A stretch of DNA of 64,000 bases from an uncultured Thermoplasmata archaeon. Its GTDB lineage: Archaea; Thermoplasmatota; Thermoplasmata; Lutacidiplasmatales; UBA184. The translations under genes and the position numbers were made by a program. Under the pieces are notes generated by a model, which was not told where the DNA came from, ran no database searches, and saw nothing but the letters and a program-made list of their open reading frames with translations. The stretch lies in contig CAVZDD010000005.1 of the NCBI GenBank assembly GCA_963773945.1, forward strand, positions 377,077-441,076, read 5' to 3'. Shown piece after piece: positions 19,214-28,830 of the stretch (the stretch's first letter is position 1; each line of letters opens with the position of its first letter).

Positions 19214-19963
19214 ATGAAGAACTCACTCAGGAAGCGTCTCGTCTCTTCCAAGGAACCCTGCTTCGGCACCTGGATCTCGTCGTCCTCGCTGGTGAACCTC
19301 GATGCCCTCAAGGGGATGGGGTTCGAGTGGTTCATGATCGACACCGAACACGCTCCCGTGAACCCCGAGACCCTGGCCGCGATGGTCGCGATATTGACCG
19401 ACCACGGTCCCACGCCTCTCGTACGGGTCGGGAACATCGACCAGTACCTGGTCAAACAGGCCCTGGACTCGGGCGCGCACGGTGTACTCGTTCCGTTGGT
19501 GAGTACGGAGGCCCAGGCGAAGGCGGCCGTCGCCTATGCCAAGTACCCCCCGGAGGGAGTGCGGGGAGCCGCGGCGGCGGCCGCCTCCCGATACGGCCTG
19601 GAACTCGCGTCCTATCTCCGGAGCGCCAACGCCGAGACCCTCGTCGGGGTACAGATCGAGACCAAAGAGGCGTTGGACAACCTCGAAGCGATTGCGGCCG
19701 TTACGGGCGTGGACATCCTGTTCGTCGGGCCCCAGGATCTCACGCTGAGCCTGGGTCTCCTGGACGACCGAAAAAACCCCAGAGTGCGGGAGGCCATGCG
19801 CTCCGTCGTAGCGGCGTGCGATCGGCACGGCAAGATTCCCGGGACGTTGGTCATCGACCCTGAAGAAAAGCGAATCGCGGTCGACCTGGGCTTCCGATTC
19901 ATCTCGCTGGCGTCGGATGTACGATTCCTGATCGACGGTGCCCGAGCCTATCGAGCCGCTTGA
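19214..19963 (+). CDS. HpcH/HpaI family 2-keto-3-deoxy-acid aldolase
   Basis: An internal ATG at 19214 (MKNSLRKRL..., frame verified). Motifs FGTWI, EWFMIDTEHAP and LVRV are typical of the family. Confidence 0.8.
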   Translation: MKNSLRKRLVSSKEPCFGTWISSSSLVNLDALKGMGFEWFMIDTEHAPVNPETLAAMVAILTDHGPTPLVRVGNIDQYLVKQALDSGAHGVLVPLVSTEAQAKAAVAYAKYPPEGVRGAAAAAASRYGLELASYLRSANAETLVGVQIETKEALDNLEAIAAVTGVDILFVGPQDLTLSLGLLDDRKNPRVREAMRSVVAACDRHGKIPGTLVIDPEEKRIAVDLGFRFISLASDVRFLIDGARAYRAA

Positions 19964-20048
19964 TTCGTGGCCCACGGAGGGCGAGCGCCGCCGAAGGAGA
20001 CGCCCGGCGGAGCGACGGACGTTTCTAGCGGGCTCCGGGAGAGGCGGC

Positions 20049-20321
20049 TTACGAAGTCGGCATCGGGGCGTTCGAGTGCGCCGGGTAGCAGCGATTGTAG
20101 AGGTACGCGAAAATCGCCACGTAAATGACCACGGCGCCCACGAGGGCGACGATGATGGAGCCGTCTATGCCCAGAGGTCCGTCGGGAGACACATAACCCA
20201 ACATGGTCGCCAGCATGATGGTGGCGATCAGTCCCACGATCACTTGGGTCGTGGTGGGTCGGCGTGTGTAGAATACGAGAGGGATGAGGCCCGGGAGAAA
20301 CTTCGGCGCGACGCGAGCCAC
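20049..20321 (-). CDS. small hypothetical membrane protein (2 TM)
   Basis: Hydrophobic C-terminal two-thirds. The start was placed at an internal GTG because the annotated M would overlap the divergent neighbour. Confidence 0.25.
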   Translation of the reverse strand: MARVAPKFLPGLIPLVFYTRRPTTTQVIVGLIATIMLATMLGYVSPDGPLGIDGSIIVALVGAVVIYVAIFAYLYNRCYPAHSNAPMPTS

Positions 20322-20403
20322 GACCGCTAATAAGCATGAATTTCCCGGGCCCGGACTCCGACGTGTTATAGCCGAGCGAGAGTCCGGCAGCTGGAGGAGC
20401 ACC

Positions 20404-20943
20404 GTGGGACTCGACATCTCCGTGGTCACCATCACGGCCGCCGCCACCTGGGGCCTCGCGGTGGGGACCGTCGTACTGCTCTGGTGGCAAACCCGGGTCT
20501 CTCAGCGACTCAACAGCGCGAACGCGGTCCTGACGCTTCGGGAGCGATTCGATTCCCCCGCGTTTCGTCGGCGTCGGAAAGGGCTCGCGGATCGATTGCT
20601 CGCCGGGCGCCATGACGACATCACCAACTTGGAGGTCGCGGCATTCTTCGAACTGATCGGCTCGCTCACGCATGCCCGGGTCCTGGACCGCTACTTGGTA
20701 TGGGAAGCGTTCGGAACCTGGATCAACGGCTACTACTACGCGCTCCGCAATCCCGTGGACGTGATCGGCCGGGCTCGTACCGCGCTCAAGGACCCCCTGA
20801 TCATGCACGAGTACGAGTGGCTCTACGGACTGGTCCAGCAGATGGACCGCAAGATGATGGACGCCGAAGCCGACATGGCGGAGGCGACCCGCGATGAGTC
20901 CACGGCCCTGCTGCGCCGAGAGGCCGAGCTCGAACCGGACTGA
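20404..20943 (+). CDS. DUF4760-like protein, N-terminal TM anchor (paralog of 50308..50823)
   Basis: GTG start. N-terminal TM (ISVVTITAAATWGLAVGTVVLLWWQ) followed by a conserved core shared with the second copy (FESRSF/YQYEL vs FDSPAF, DRYL/DYLL, WEAFGTW vs DFMRYTVV). Confidence 0.5.
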   Translation: MGLDISVVTITAAATWGLAVGTVVLLWWQTRVSQRLNSANAVLTLRERFDSPAFRRRRKGLADRLLAGRHDDITNLEVAAFFELIGSLTHARVLDRYLVWEAFGTWINGYYYALRNPVDVIGRARTALKDPLIMHEYEWLYGLVQQMDRKMMDAEADMAEATRDESTALLRREAELEPD

Positions 20944-21028
20944 ACGGGGATCGACCGGGAGCGGGTGCGACTGGACGAGCCTCCGGTCATGTTCTATATG
21001 GGGAGCGGTCGACCTAGGTGGAGAAGAG

Positions 21029-21193
21029 ATGACCACGGTCTGCGAGACGCCCGGCTGTCTGCATCAGCGCCGATTGCACGGGGAGGACGGACATTGTCGG
21101 GCCTGTGCCTGCACCGTGTACACCCGGACCGGTCCGGGCCACCAAACGAAAGCGGCGAGAAAGCAGGCGGCCCAAGCCCTTCGTAGCTGGTAA
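21029..21193 (+). CDS. small Cys/His-rich (zinc-ribbon-like) protein, 54 aa
   Basis: MTTVCETPGCLHQRRLHGEDGHCRACACTVY..., preceded by GGTGGAGAAGAG. It falls below the ORF-track size cut-off in this frame segment. Confidence 0.3.
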   Translation: MTTVCETPGCLHQRRLHGEDGHCRACACTVYTRTGPGHQTKAARKQAAQALRSW

Positions 21194-21316
21194 ACCCGAG
21201 CCGAAGACGGCGGTACGGCCAACCGCTATCGCCTGCGGGAAGCCACGGCCCTTGCATGCGGGATGAAATACCCCCGCCCTGTTGGCTTCGGAAGGCCCGC
21301 AGGAGCGAAGAATTTC

Positions 21317-22057
21317 ATGAAACTCACCTTTCTTGGCACAGGCGCCGGGAACTTTCAGGGTAGCCGCCGGCATATGTCCAGTGCGCTGTTCGAGGGGGTC
21401 CTTCTCGACTGTGGGGCAGGAACGACCGGCCGCCTGTACGATGCCGGGTTGCTCGAACGGGTCGACGGCATTCTGATCTCGCACCTGCACTCCGACCACT
21501 TCGCCGGGCTCTTCGATTTCCTGTTGCACACCCTGATCTCTGGCCGGAAGCGGCCGCTCACGATCGTCTCTCCCCCGGGGCTGGCGCCCATACTGCGAGC
21601 GGCGATCAACGTCGGAGCGATGGTCAAGGACCCGGCCGATCTCTATGAGTTTCACTTACTCGAGGCGCTCCGCCCCGATGTGACGATCGGTCCGTGGCGA
21701 GTGCAAGGTATTCCGTTGGTCCACAGCGTGTACAACCTCGGGTACCACCTCGCCGCGGACGGTGCGTCCCTCTTCTACACGGGCGACACGCGTCAGCCAT
21801 CGGTGCCGGAAGGCGTCCGCGCGGACTTCGTCATCCACGAGTCAACCTACGCGGACCGGCATGTGCAGCTCGCCCACGAATTCGGACACTCCACTGCCTC
21901 CCAAGCCGCGAAAGCGGCGACCGCGATGGGGGCCCGGCGATTGTTCCTGACCCATCTCGGGAGCCAGGAGGGTACCGACGCCGAAGTTCTCCGCGAAGTC
22001 CGCGCGGGATTCCGCGACTCGACGGTCGCCGAGGACAATAGCCAACACGACCTCTGA
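21317..22057 (+). CDS. MBL-fold metallo-hydrolase
   Basis: HLHSDH motif (ILISHLHSDHFAGL) and downstream His/Asp ligands. Start at MKLTFLGTGAG (ATG at 21317 verified). Confidence 0.8.
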   Translation: MKLTFLGTGAGNFQGSRRHMSSALFEGVLLDCGAGTTGRLYDAGLLERVDGILISHLHSDHFAGLFDFLLHTLISGRKRPLTIVSPPGLAPILRAAINVGAMVKDPADLYEFHLLEALRPDVTIGPWRVQGIPLVHSVYNLGYHLAADGASLFYTGDTRQPSVPEGVRADFVIHESTYADRHVQLAHEFGHSTASQAAKAATAMGARRLFLTHLGSQEGTDAEVLREVRAGFRDSTVAEDNSQHDL

Positions 22058-22084
22058 ACCGCCCTCCACGGCGGCGCCTCGAGC

Positions 22085-23464
22085 TCAATCGCGTCGTCGA
22101 ACGTCGGCGGCGACTCGGAGGATCGCGGCGAGCGACCGATCCATGTCCTCGGTCGTGGTGGCCCACGAGCTGACACTGATCCGCATGGCCGTCCGACCCT
22201 GCCAGCGCGTGCCGCCACACCAGCAGGTGCCGTCCGATTGCACCCCCGAGACGACTCGCGCGGTGGTGGCGTCATCCCCGAACGCCACCACCACCTGATT
22301 CAGGACAACTTCGTTCAGCACGTCGTAACCGGCCGCCCGGAGACCATCAGCGATGTGGGAAGCGTGGCGGCAGGTCCGCTCCACCAGGTCTGCGATGCCG
22401 GCCCGCCCAAGGGAGCGAATCGCCGCCCAGGCCTCCACCCCCCGGGCCCTTCGGGACAGTTCGGGCGTAAAGTGCGAGGGCTCCCGCTGGCCACTCTGTA
22501 CGAGATACTCAGCCGGCCCGATCGACATGGCGGCGCGGAGGTGTTCCGGCTTTCGGACAAACACCATGCCGCTGTCGTACGGGACGTTGAGCCACTTGTG
22601 ACCGTCCGCCGCCCAGGAGTCGGCGAGGGCCATCCCTTCCGTCAGATGGCGATACGAGGGGGCGACGGCCGCCCAGAGGCCAAAGGCCCCGTCGACGTGC
22701 ACCCACGCCCCACTCTCCTTCGCGCGGGGGTAGATCTCTCGGATTGGGTCGAACCCGCCGCCGTTCACGTTGCCCGCCTGGACCAAGACGATGGAAGGCC
22801 CCGATAACCGAGGCAGAGCGTCCGCCCGCATCCGACCCTGCGAGTCGACCGGAACGCGAACGACCCGCTCCCGCCCGAGACCCAGCATGGAGACAGCCTT
22901 CAACACCGTGGCGTGAACCTCCTCCCCGACCACCACGGTGATGGGTGGAGCGCCGGCCAGCCCTTGATCCTCAACGTCCCAACCGACCTCGGCCAGCACG
23001 GCGTGGCGCGCGGCCGCGAGCGCCACAAAGTTTGCCATCGTATCGCCGGTCAGGAACGCGCCTTCGGCTCCCTCCGGAAGGCCGAGGAGCTCGCGCGTCC
23101 ATCGAAGGGAGATCTCCTCCAGACGGGCCCCGACGGGAGACGTCGCGAAGAACGCTGCATTCTGATTCCACGCGCCGGCCATCCAGTTCGCTCCCAGCGC
23201 CGCGGGGAGTGCGCCGCCGATCACGAATCCGAAGTACCGCCCTCCGGCCGACCCGATGGCGGCGGGCGACCCCACCTCGTCGAGCATCTGGATCACCTTG
23301 CCCGGGTCGGTGCCCGCGTCCGGCACCGGCCCATCAAGCAGATCGAGACGTCGGACCTCCGCGTCCGTCGGACCGACCCGTCGATCCCGAAGGCCCCGCA
23401 GGAACCGAAGGCTCCGCTCGGTCGCCTCGCGGAGTACAGATTGGGTTTCCACGTCGTCGGGCAT
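22085..23464 (-). CDS. PLP-dependent group II amino-acid decarboxylase
   Basis: Fold-type I signature with PLP-lysine motif (SWAADGHKWLNVPYDSG). Confidence 0.85.
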   Translation of the reverse strand: MPDDVETQSVLREATERSLRFLRGLRDRRVGPTDAEVRRLDLLDGPVPDAGTDPGKVIQMLDEVGSPAAIGSAGGRYFGFVIGGALPAALGANWMAGAWNQNAAFFATSPVGARLEEISLRWTRELLGLPEGAEGAFLTGDTMANFVALAAARHAVLAEVGWDVEDQGLAGAPPITVVVGEEVHATVLKAVSMLGLGRERVVRVPVDSQGRMRADALPRLSGPSIVLVQAGNVNGGGFDPIREIYPRAKESGAWVHVDGAFGLWAAVAPSYRHLTEGMALADSWAADGHKWLNVPYDSGMVFVRKPEHLRAAMSIGPAEYLVQSGQREPSHFTPELSRRARGVEAWAAIRSLGRAGIADLVERTCRHASHIADGLRAAGYDVLNEVVLNQVVVAFGDDATTARVVSGVQSDGTCWCGGTRWQGRTAMRISVSSWATTTEDMDRSLAAILRVAADVRRRD

Positions 23465-23671
23465 CCGGAACTTCCCCCTCGCTCGGGCGGGGCCTCCGCC
23501 TGAATCGGGGGGTGCCCTTCAATCTGACGCTCGGCCTCCCATCCAAGCGGGCCCGGTAATCCGGTTCCGGTTCACGGGCTTTATGTCCCGGGTCGCGGTG
23601 CCCCTCCGAGCCAGGGACGACGCGCTCTTACCTCGGAGTGCGCGGCCGCCCATCGTGGCGGAGAATCGAAC

Positions 23672-24262
23672 GTGAGCACCCGCGGAATGTACGTCGTCAT
23701 CGAAGGGATTGATGGGACGGGCAAGACCGAGCTGGCCTCGCGCCTCGTGCCCGCGCTGCTCGGACGCGGCCACTCCATTTCCAGCTTCCACGAGCCCGCT
23801 GACAAATTCCTGCGGGAGGAGTTCCAGCGACTCAAGAAGAGCGATTCGTTCGCCGCCGCCCTCTGCCTAACCGTTGATCGGGAGATGCTGCGACCGCAGG
23901 TGGAGCGAGCCCTCGAGCACGGGGACGTGGTCGTCCAGGACCGGTCGTTCTACTCGACGCTGGCCTATCAGTACGCCGCCCTGAGCAGCGACCGTTGGCG
24001 CGAACTAGAGCGGATCGAGCTCGCGCTCGCCCTCGAGCCGGACATCGTCCTCTATCTCGACGCCCCCGTCGACCTTGCCGTGAAGCGGGTGGAGGCGACG
24101 GGACAGTTGGACCCGGACGAGGGGCCCCAGTACATCGAACGCGTCCGGCGAAAGTTCGAACAGATGTTTCAACCGCCTCGGTGGGTCCGGGTCGATGCCA
24201 AGGGCACCCCGGAGCGGACCCATCAGCTCGCGATGAACCTGTTGATGGCCGCCGGACTCTAG
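23672..24262 (+). CDS. tmk: thymidylate kinase
   Basis: P-loop IEGIDGTGKT, DRSFYSTLAYQ and LID region. Confidence 0.8.
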   Translation: MSTRGMYVVIEGIDGTGKTELASRLVPALLGRGHSISSFHEPADKFLREEFQRLKKSDSFAAALCLTVDREMLRPQVERALEHGDVVVQDRSFYSTLAYQYAALSSDRWRELERIELALALEPDIVLYLDAPVDLAVKRVEATGQLDPDEGPQYIERVRRKFEQMFQPPRWVRVDAKGTPERTHQLAMNLLMAAGL

Positions 24263-24307
24263 GACCCCCCGCCGCCTTCCGGCCGACAGTCGCCGGCCGT
24301 AGGTGAA

Positions 24308-25069
24308 ATGCCCCGCTCCATCCCCGCGTATGAACCCTTATCCGACCGACCGTTTTGGAGGGCGCCAGGGAGAAAAGTGCCCGCGACCGAGGAGAACGAC
24401 GCGAAGTTCACCCCCGATTCTTTCCGATTCCTCCGGGAACTTGCGCAGCACAACAACCGGGAATGGTTTACCGCCAACAAGGCACGCTACGAGCAGACCG
24501 TCCGGGACCCGTCATTTGCCTTCGTCCGCGCCGTCGGTACTCCCCTGGCGAAATTGAGCCGCCATTTGGTGGCGGATCCCCGACCCGTCGGGGGATCGAT
24601 CATGCGGATCTACCGGGACATCCGATTCTCGAAAGACAAGAGTCCGTACCGCACTTCGATCGGGATCCATTTCTCGCACGAGGGGACGGGTGGGGAGGAG
24701 GAACACCTGCCCGGGTTCTTCCTGCGCCTCGCTCCCGGCGACTCGTGGTTGTACTCCGGAGTGTGGCAACCGGAACCCGCTCGGCTCCATCAGATCCGGA
24801 AGGCGCTGATCGAGCGGTCGGCCGAATGGAAGCGGGTCCGGGCCGCCGTTCCACCCATCGAGGGCGAATCCCTCAAGCGACCGCCGCCCGGCTTCGACCC
24901 CGCCCATCCCCTCATCGAGGATCTCAAGCGCAAGGGATTCACGTCCGGGCGCTCCATCAAGGACTCCACGGTGACGGGAACGTCATTCCCGGAGGAATTC
25001 GTGAAGCTCTGTCGATCGCTCGACCCGCTGAATCGCTTCCTCGCCCGGGCGATGGGCGTCGACTACTGA
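24308..25069 (+). CDS. DUF2461/TIGR02453 family protein
   Basis: FLRELAQHNNREWFTANKARYE, IMRIYRDIRFSKDKSPY and GFFLRL blocks. Confidence 0.75.
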   Translation: MPRSIPAYEPLSDRPFWRAPGRKVPATEENDAKFTPDSFRFLRELAQHNNREWFTANKARYEQTVRDPSFAFVRAVGTPLAKLSRHLVADPRPVGGSIMRIYRDIRFSKDKSPYRTSIGIHFSHEGTGGEEEHLPGFFLRLAPGDSWLYSGVWQPEPARLHQIRKALIERSAEWKRVRAAVPPIEGESLKRPPPGFDPAHPLIEDLKRKGFTSGRSIKDSTVTGTSFPEEFVKLCRSLDPLNRFLARAMGVDY

Positions 25070-25767
25070 TGCGGAGAATGGCCCCGGGCCCTCGGAGGGG
25101 GACTGAGGCCGAGATTCTCCAGCAGCCGCCGATGGTCCTGGGGGCTCACCCATTCCACTTCGAGGTAGGTCCGAAGGAACGAATCGGGCACCCCGACCTG
25201 CCGGGCGGCGGCGATCGCAAAACGGTAGGCCTCGAGCTCGGTCGGGCTGTCCACGTACCCGTGGTTTTCGTCCCATAGCTCCCGACCGGCGTCCCGTTGC
25301 AGGATGTGGCAAAATTCGTGGTAGATGTCCATGTAGAGCGTGATCGAGGGGCTCTCCGCCAGGTGCTTGTGCCCTACCACGATGCAGTTGCTGCGGCTCG
25401 TGTGCGGCTTCCACCCGGCCGCTGCCGCCCAGGGAGGGGGCTCGAGCGGCGCAACGTACATCCACGTCTCATCTCGGACTATCTGGATGCTGGTTCCTTC
25501 GGCCAAGGCCCGGGTTTTCTGGGGGGGTCCCGGATACTCTCGGAATGGGGCGGCGTCCTGAAATCCGGGGAAAACCTGGGACAGTGGATAGTTTCCGGGA
25601 GCGAGCTCTCGGGAGATCCCGAAGGGCGGCGGTGCCTCCGGCAACCCGGTCGGGGGCTTGCGTGGTTTCAGCTTGTAGAACCTTGGCGTCAGACGCCGGA
25701 GCCGCCGCCGCCGAGGGGAAGGGGTCGGGCGGCGTTTTCCTTTCGCCCTCGGGCGCTTGGCGGGCAT
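25063..25767 (-). CDS. hypothetical protein with highly basic N-terminus and HExxH (zincin-like) motif
   Basis: N-terminus is PAKRPRAKGKRRPTPSPRRRRLRRL; the C-terminal half carries YHEFCHILQ plus a downstream Glu. Confidence 0.4.
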   Translation of the reverse strand: MPAKRPRAKGKRRPTPSPRRRRLRRLTPRFYKLKPRKPPTGLPEAPPPFGISRELAPGNYPLSQVFPGFQDAAPFREYPGPPQKTRALAEGTSIQIVRDETWMYVAPLEPPPWAAAAGWKPHTSRSNCIVVGHKHLAESPSITLYMDIYHEFCHILQRDAGRELWDENHGYVDSPTELEAYRFAIAAARQVGVPDSFLRTYLEVEWVSPQDHRRLLENLGLSPPPRARGHSPHQ

Positions 25768-25864
25768 GAGCGGCCGTAGAAATCGGGGCTTATAGCGCGC
25801 GTCGAAACCGAACGAGGGGGCCGGCGATGAAGGAGATTCTTATGGGTCGGTAGACCCTTCAACA

Positions 25865-26242
25865 GTGGTGCCCGCAATCGAAGTAATCCGGGAGGCAGAC
25901 CTCCGGCCCGGGGACCCTACCGCGGGGATTGTCCGCCAGAAGGCCTTCGACGCGGGAGGCGTGACCGTCGCGCAATCGCGAATCGCCGCGGGCGTCGTGT
26001 CCGGGTGGCACCATCATGGCGGCCGGACCGTTTTCGGGTACCTGGTGTCGGGTCGGTTGCGATTCGACTTTGGGCTCGGAGGAAAAGATTCCGTGGAGGT
26101 GCATCCGGGCGAGTACTTCCGGATCCCCCTTCGCGCGATCCACCGGGACGTGAATCCGAGTTCTACAGAGGAAGCGGTGGTCGTGAACGTAATGGTGGGC
26201 GAGGGACCCGCGCTGGTGAACGTCGCCGGGCCGGCCCGCTAA
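25865..26242 (+). CDS. cupin-domain protein
   Basis: Two-His cupin motif (GWHHHGG...VHPGEY). Confidence 0.7.
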   Translation: MVPAIEVIREADLRPGDPTAGIVRQKAFDAGGVTVAQSRIAAGVVSGWHHHGGRTVFGYLVSGRLRFDFGLGGKDSVEVHPGEYFRIPLRAIHRDVNPSSTEEAVVVNVMVGEGPALVNVAGPAR

Positions 26243-26528
26243 CGACGTTGGGGATCCCGCGCGAGTCGACGGGGACGTCCCGCGTGAATCCTCCGTCGAT
26301 GTGCGCGCTCGAGCGCCTTCCGACGGATTCGCCATAATCCTCGGACGAAGTCTTCGACCGGCCTCTTCGGCGAGCGCGGTCCCTTCGAGAGGCCCGCGGG
26401 TTTCGCCTTCCATCGCATCTCCCACCGCGTCCGGTTTCCGGATAACTCCGTGAGATTGTACTCGAGGAGAGCTTCGCGGCAGTTGCAGTACCACCCGGCC
26501 GAGTGCCAGGGGTCGGGTGGCGTCAGCG

Positions 26529-26900
26529 TCAGGGGGGGCGCTCCCGAGCCCATTCCGCTCGGTGGTCGTAGAGATTTTCAAAGATGACGTTCCGGTAGGT
26601 CCGTTCAATGATACGTCGCTGGAGGCCGAACATCTTGTCCTCGCCAGCTATCTTCACGTCGTCGGACGAGTAATCCGTGCACCCTTCGAAGGCAAAACGC
26701 AGCGGAGCTTGGAACACGGCCGAGATATGGAATGCTCGGAAACCGCGGTCCGCCGCGCTCGTCCCGTATCGGCAACGGTAGAGGTGAATTGCTTGCTGAA
26801 CGGGCCCGTTCCCGCCGGAAGGGTATCCTCCGGGGAGGGTCATTCCAAGGGAAGTGCTGATGAGAACCGTCAAGATGGTGGCGTAGAATGACGGTTCCAA
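26529..26900 (-). CDS. hypothetical protein (N-terminal TM)
   Basis: Low Arg content and coding-like composition. A second ORF (26239..26553) continues in another frame, so a frameshift is possible. Confidence 0.35.
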   Translation of the reverse strand: MEPSFYATILTVLISTSLGMTLPGGYPSGGNGPVQQAIHLYRCRYGTSAADRGFRAFHISAVFQAPLRFAFEGCTDYSSDDVKIAGEDKMFGLQRRIIERTYRNVIFENLYDHRAEWARERPP

Positions 26901-27436
26901 GGCTGCGGGGGCGAGGGGTCGAGCTCCGACCGTTGCGTCCCGCCGACGCTCCGGCGTTGCACCTCGTTCTGCGAGACCGTCGAGCGACTCGCTTCCTACC
27001 GCCCCGGGTACGGCGAGAGACCGGCCGACAATTCGTCACGCGAGTCCTTCGGGAGGAGCGGAGGGGCGCCGGCGTCGCGTTTGCGATCGTTCCCCTCGGT
27101 TCGAAGGAGGCTATCGGGCAACTCCGACTGTTCAACTGGTCTCCGCTGAACGGAGAGGCGGAGATCGGGTACTGGATCCGTCGGAAGCACTGGGGCCGTG
27201 GCTTTGGCACAGAAGCCGTTCGAATGGCCTGCCGATTCGGGTTCCGCGCGATGTCCCTGCACCGGATCGAGGCGATTGTGGTCGTCGGTAACGGCGGGTC
27301 TCGCCGGATCTTGGAAAAGGCGGGCTTTCGGGCCGAAGGGCGCAGTCGTCAGGCTTCGCGTATCGGTCCGCGGTGGGTGGATGAGTGGCGATTCGGCCTG
27401 CTTCGAGGCGAGCTGGTCGACCCGAAATCTCGTTAG
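26888..27436 (+). CDS. GNAT N-acetyltransferase (RimJ/RimL-like)
   Basis: Acetyl-CoA motif RRKHWGRGFGTEAV. Confidence 0.8.
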   Translation: MTVPRLRGRGVELRPLRPADAPALHLVLRDRRATRFLPPRVRRETGRQFVTRVLREERRGAGVAFAIVPLGSKEAIGQLRLFNWSPLNGEAEIGYWIRRKHWGRGFGTEAVRMACRFGFRAMSLHRIEAIVVVGNGGSRRILEKAGFRAEGRSRQASRIGPRWVDEWRFGLLRGELVDPKSR

Positions 27437-28410
27437 GTCGGCCCCGCCCGCTGGAGGACCCGCAGCGCGAGATAGGTGACCCATCGGCTCGGGTAACCCG
27501 GAAACTCGAGGATGAACGGGAACACGGGGGGCTTGGGATGATACTCCTCCTCGGGGGGGATGTCGGGATGGGCCGCGTCCAAGTTCCACGTTCCATCGGA
27601 ATTCTGCTTTGCTCGTAGCTCGTCCAAGGCGGGTCGCATTCGAGGATCATGGCCGTACCCGAGGGCGGTGAGCATGTCGAGTCCCACGAGCACGTCGTAG
27701 TAATAGTGGGACGGGTAGTGGAGCCGGTGCCAGGGCGCGTACTCGACCCTATCGCTTTCACGGAGCAGTCCTCGTTCGAGGTAGAATTCGGCGCCGCGTT
27801 CGATAGAACGCCGAACCTTCTCGCTCCGGTCGGCCGCCGGAATGGCGGCGAAGGCGGCGAGAGCCTCCCAACAGTCCAGCGTTCCTTTCTCGGAGGTAAA
27901 GCAGTGCCACCCGCCGTCGGGCTTCTGAGTCTGGACCAGCCAATCGATGGACCGAAGGATCCGAGGGTCGTCCCCTCGGCCGAACCGGAGCATCATCCGG
28001 ACCACGTTGCCGGTGATGCAGAGCTCGCTCCCCGGTTCTCCAAACACTCCTTCCTTTTCGTCCGACCAAAATTTGAACAGCAGGTCCGTGGCGCGGGCGA
28101 TGCGGGCGTCCTGGACGGTCATTCCGAGGTCGGAGAGCACGAGGAGTCGCCAGTTGGTGGCGAAGTACTTGGGACCGTAGAGGTCGCCGCCGTCGTCCCG
28201 GAAGATTCCCCAGTACCCGAGGGGATTCTGGTCCGCCAGGATCCCGGCGGCCCAGCCGGCATGGCCGATTTCCTGCAGCGCCTTGACCACCTCGGGGTCG
28301 TCGGCGGGCCGTCCCAGGAGGTCCCGCATAACGCTGACCCGGAGGCTCGGGTCCGTTTCCTTCAGAAGAAAATCCGATTGGTGAGGCGTGAGATTCATCG
28401 TGCCGCTCAT
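27433..28410 (-). CDS. prenyltransferase/squalene-oxidase-repeat (alpha/alpha-toroid) protein
   Basis: Repeated QxxDGGW motifs (QNPLGYWG, QKPDGGWH, QNSDGTWN). Confidence 0.7.
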   Translation of the reverse strand: MSGTMNLTPHQSDFLLKETDPSLRVSVMRDLLGRPADDPEVVKALQEIGHAGWAAGILADQNPLGYWGIFRDDGGDLYGPKYFATNWRLLVLSDLGMTVQDARIARATDLLFKFWSDEKEGVFGEPGSELCITGNVVRMMLRFGRGDDPRILRSIDWLVQTQKPDGGWHCFTSEKGTLDCWEALAAFAAIPAADRSEKVRRSIERGAEFYLERGLLRESDRVEYAPWHRLHYPSHYYYDVLVGLDMLTALGYGHDPRMRPALDELRAKQNSDGTWNLDAAHPDIPPEEEYHPKPPVFPFILEFPGYPSRWVTYLALRVLQRAGPT

Positions 28411-28475
28411 GTCCCAATGTCCAGGTCTACACCGCGACGTTCACGACCGCATGAAGGTGGTGGTCGAGGGCATAC

Positions 28476-28778
28476 TCAGTGAACGGCCTCGGGGCCTCCC
28501 CGAACGGCTTTCGGTACGTAATCGAAGAATTTCTCCGTTCGACCCTCCGCCGTCCACTCGGCCCGTAGCCGGGTCCGCCGCTCGACCCGGCGCAGTTCGG
28601 TCAGCAGGGACCGGTTCAATTCCGGGGCGCTGTCCCCCTCCTGCTCTGCCTGCAGCACGAGCTCTTTGGGGTCCCCGGTGAGCGTTACGGAAGCCTCCGG
28701 AAACAGCCGCCGCAGGACCGGCCGGATGGCTGCCGGGTCCTCCGTATGGATCTTCGCCCGGATGATGAAGTGCGGCAC
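28476..28778 (-). CDS. hypothetical small protein
   Basis: Only the C-terminal ~100 aa (VPHFIIRAKIHTED...) avoids overlap with the upstream gene. The GTG start is inferred. Confidence 0.25.
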   Translation of the reverse strand: MPHFIIRAKIHTEDPAAIRPVLRRLFPEASVTLTGDPKELVLQAEQEGDSAPELNRSLLTELRRVERRTRLRAEWTAEGRTEKFFDYVPKAVRGGPEAVH

Positions 28779-28830
28779 GGGTGTAGCGCCGGGACCGGAC
28801 GCCGCGGATTCGTAAGGAGATTGCGCTCGC

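Noticed and set aside
19948-21036. 362-aa minus-strand ORF spanning the DUF4760 locus
   Set aside because: The product is Arg/Pro/His-rich with no domain-like segments. It is antisense to well-supported + strand genes (20404..20943 and 21029..21193). It is a typical GC-rich shadow ORF, as are 451..1275, 12141..13592, 3355..4140, 9397..10008 and many others in the track.
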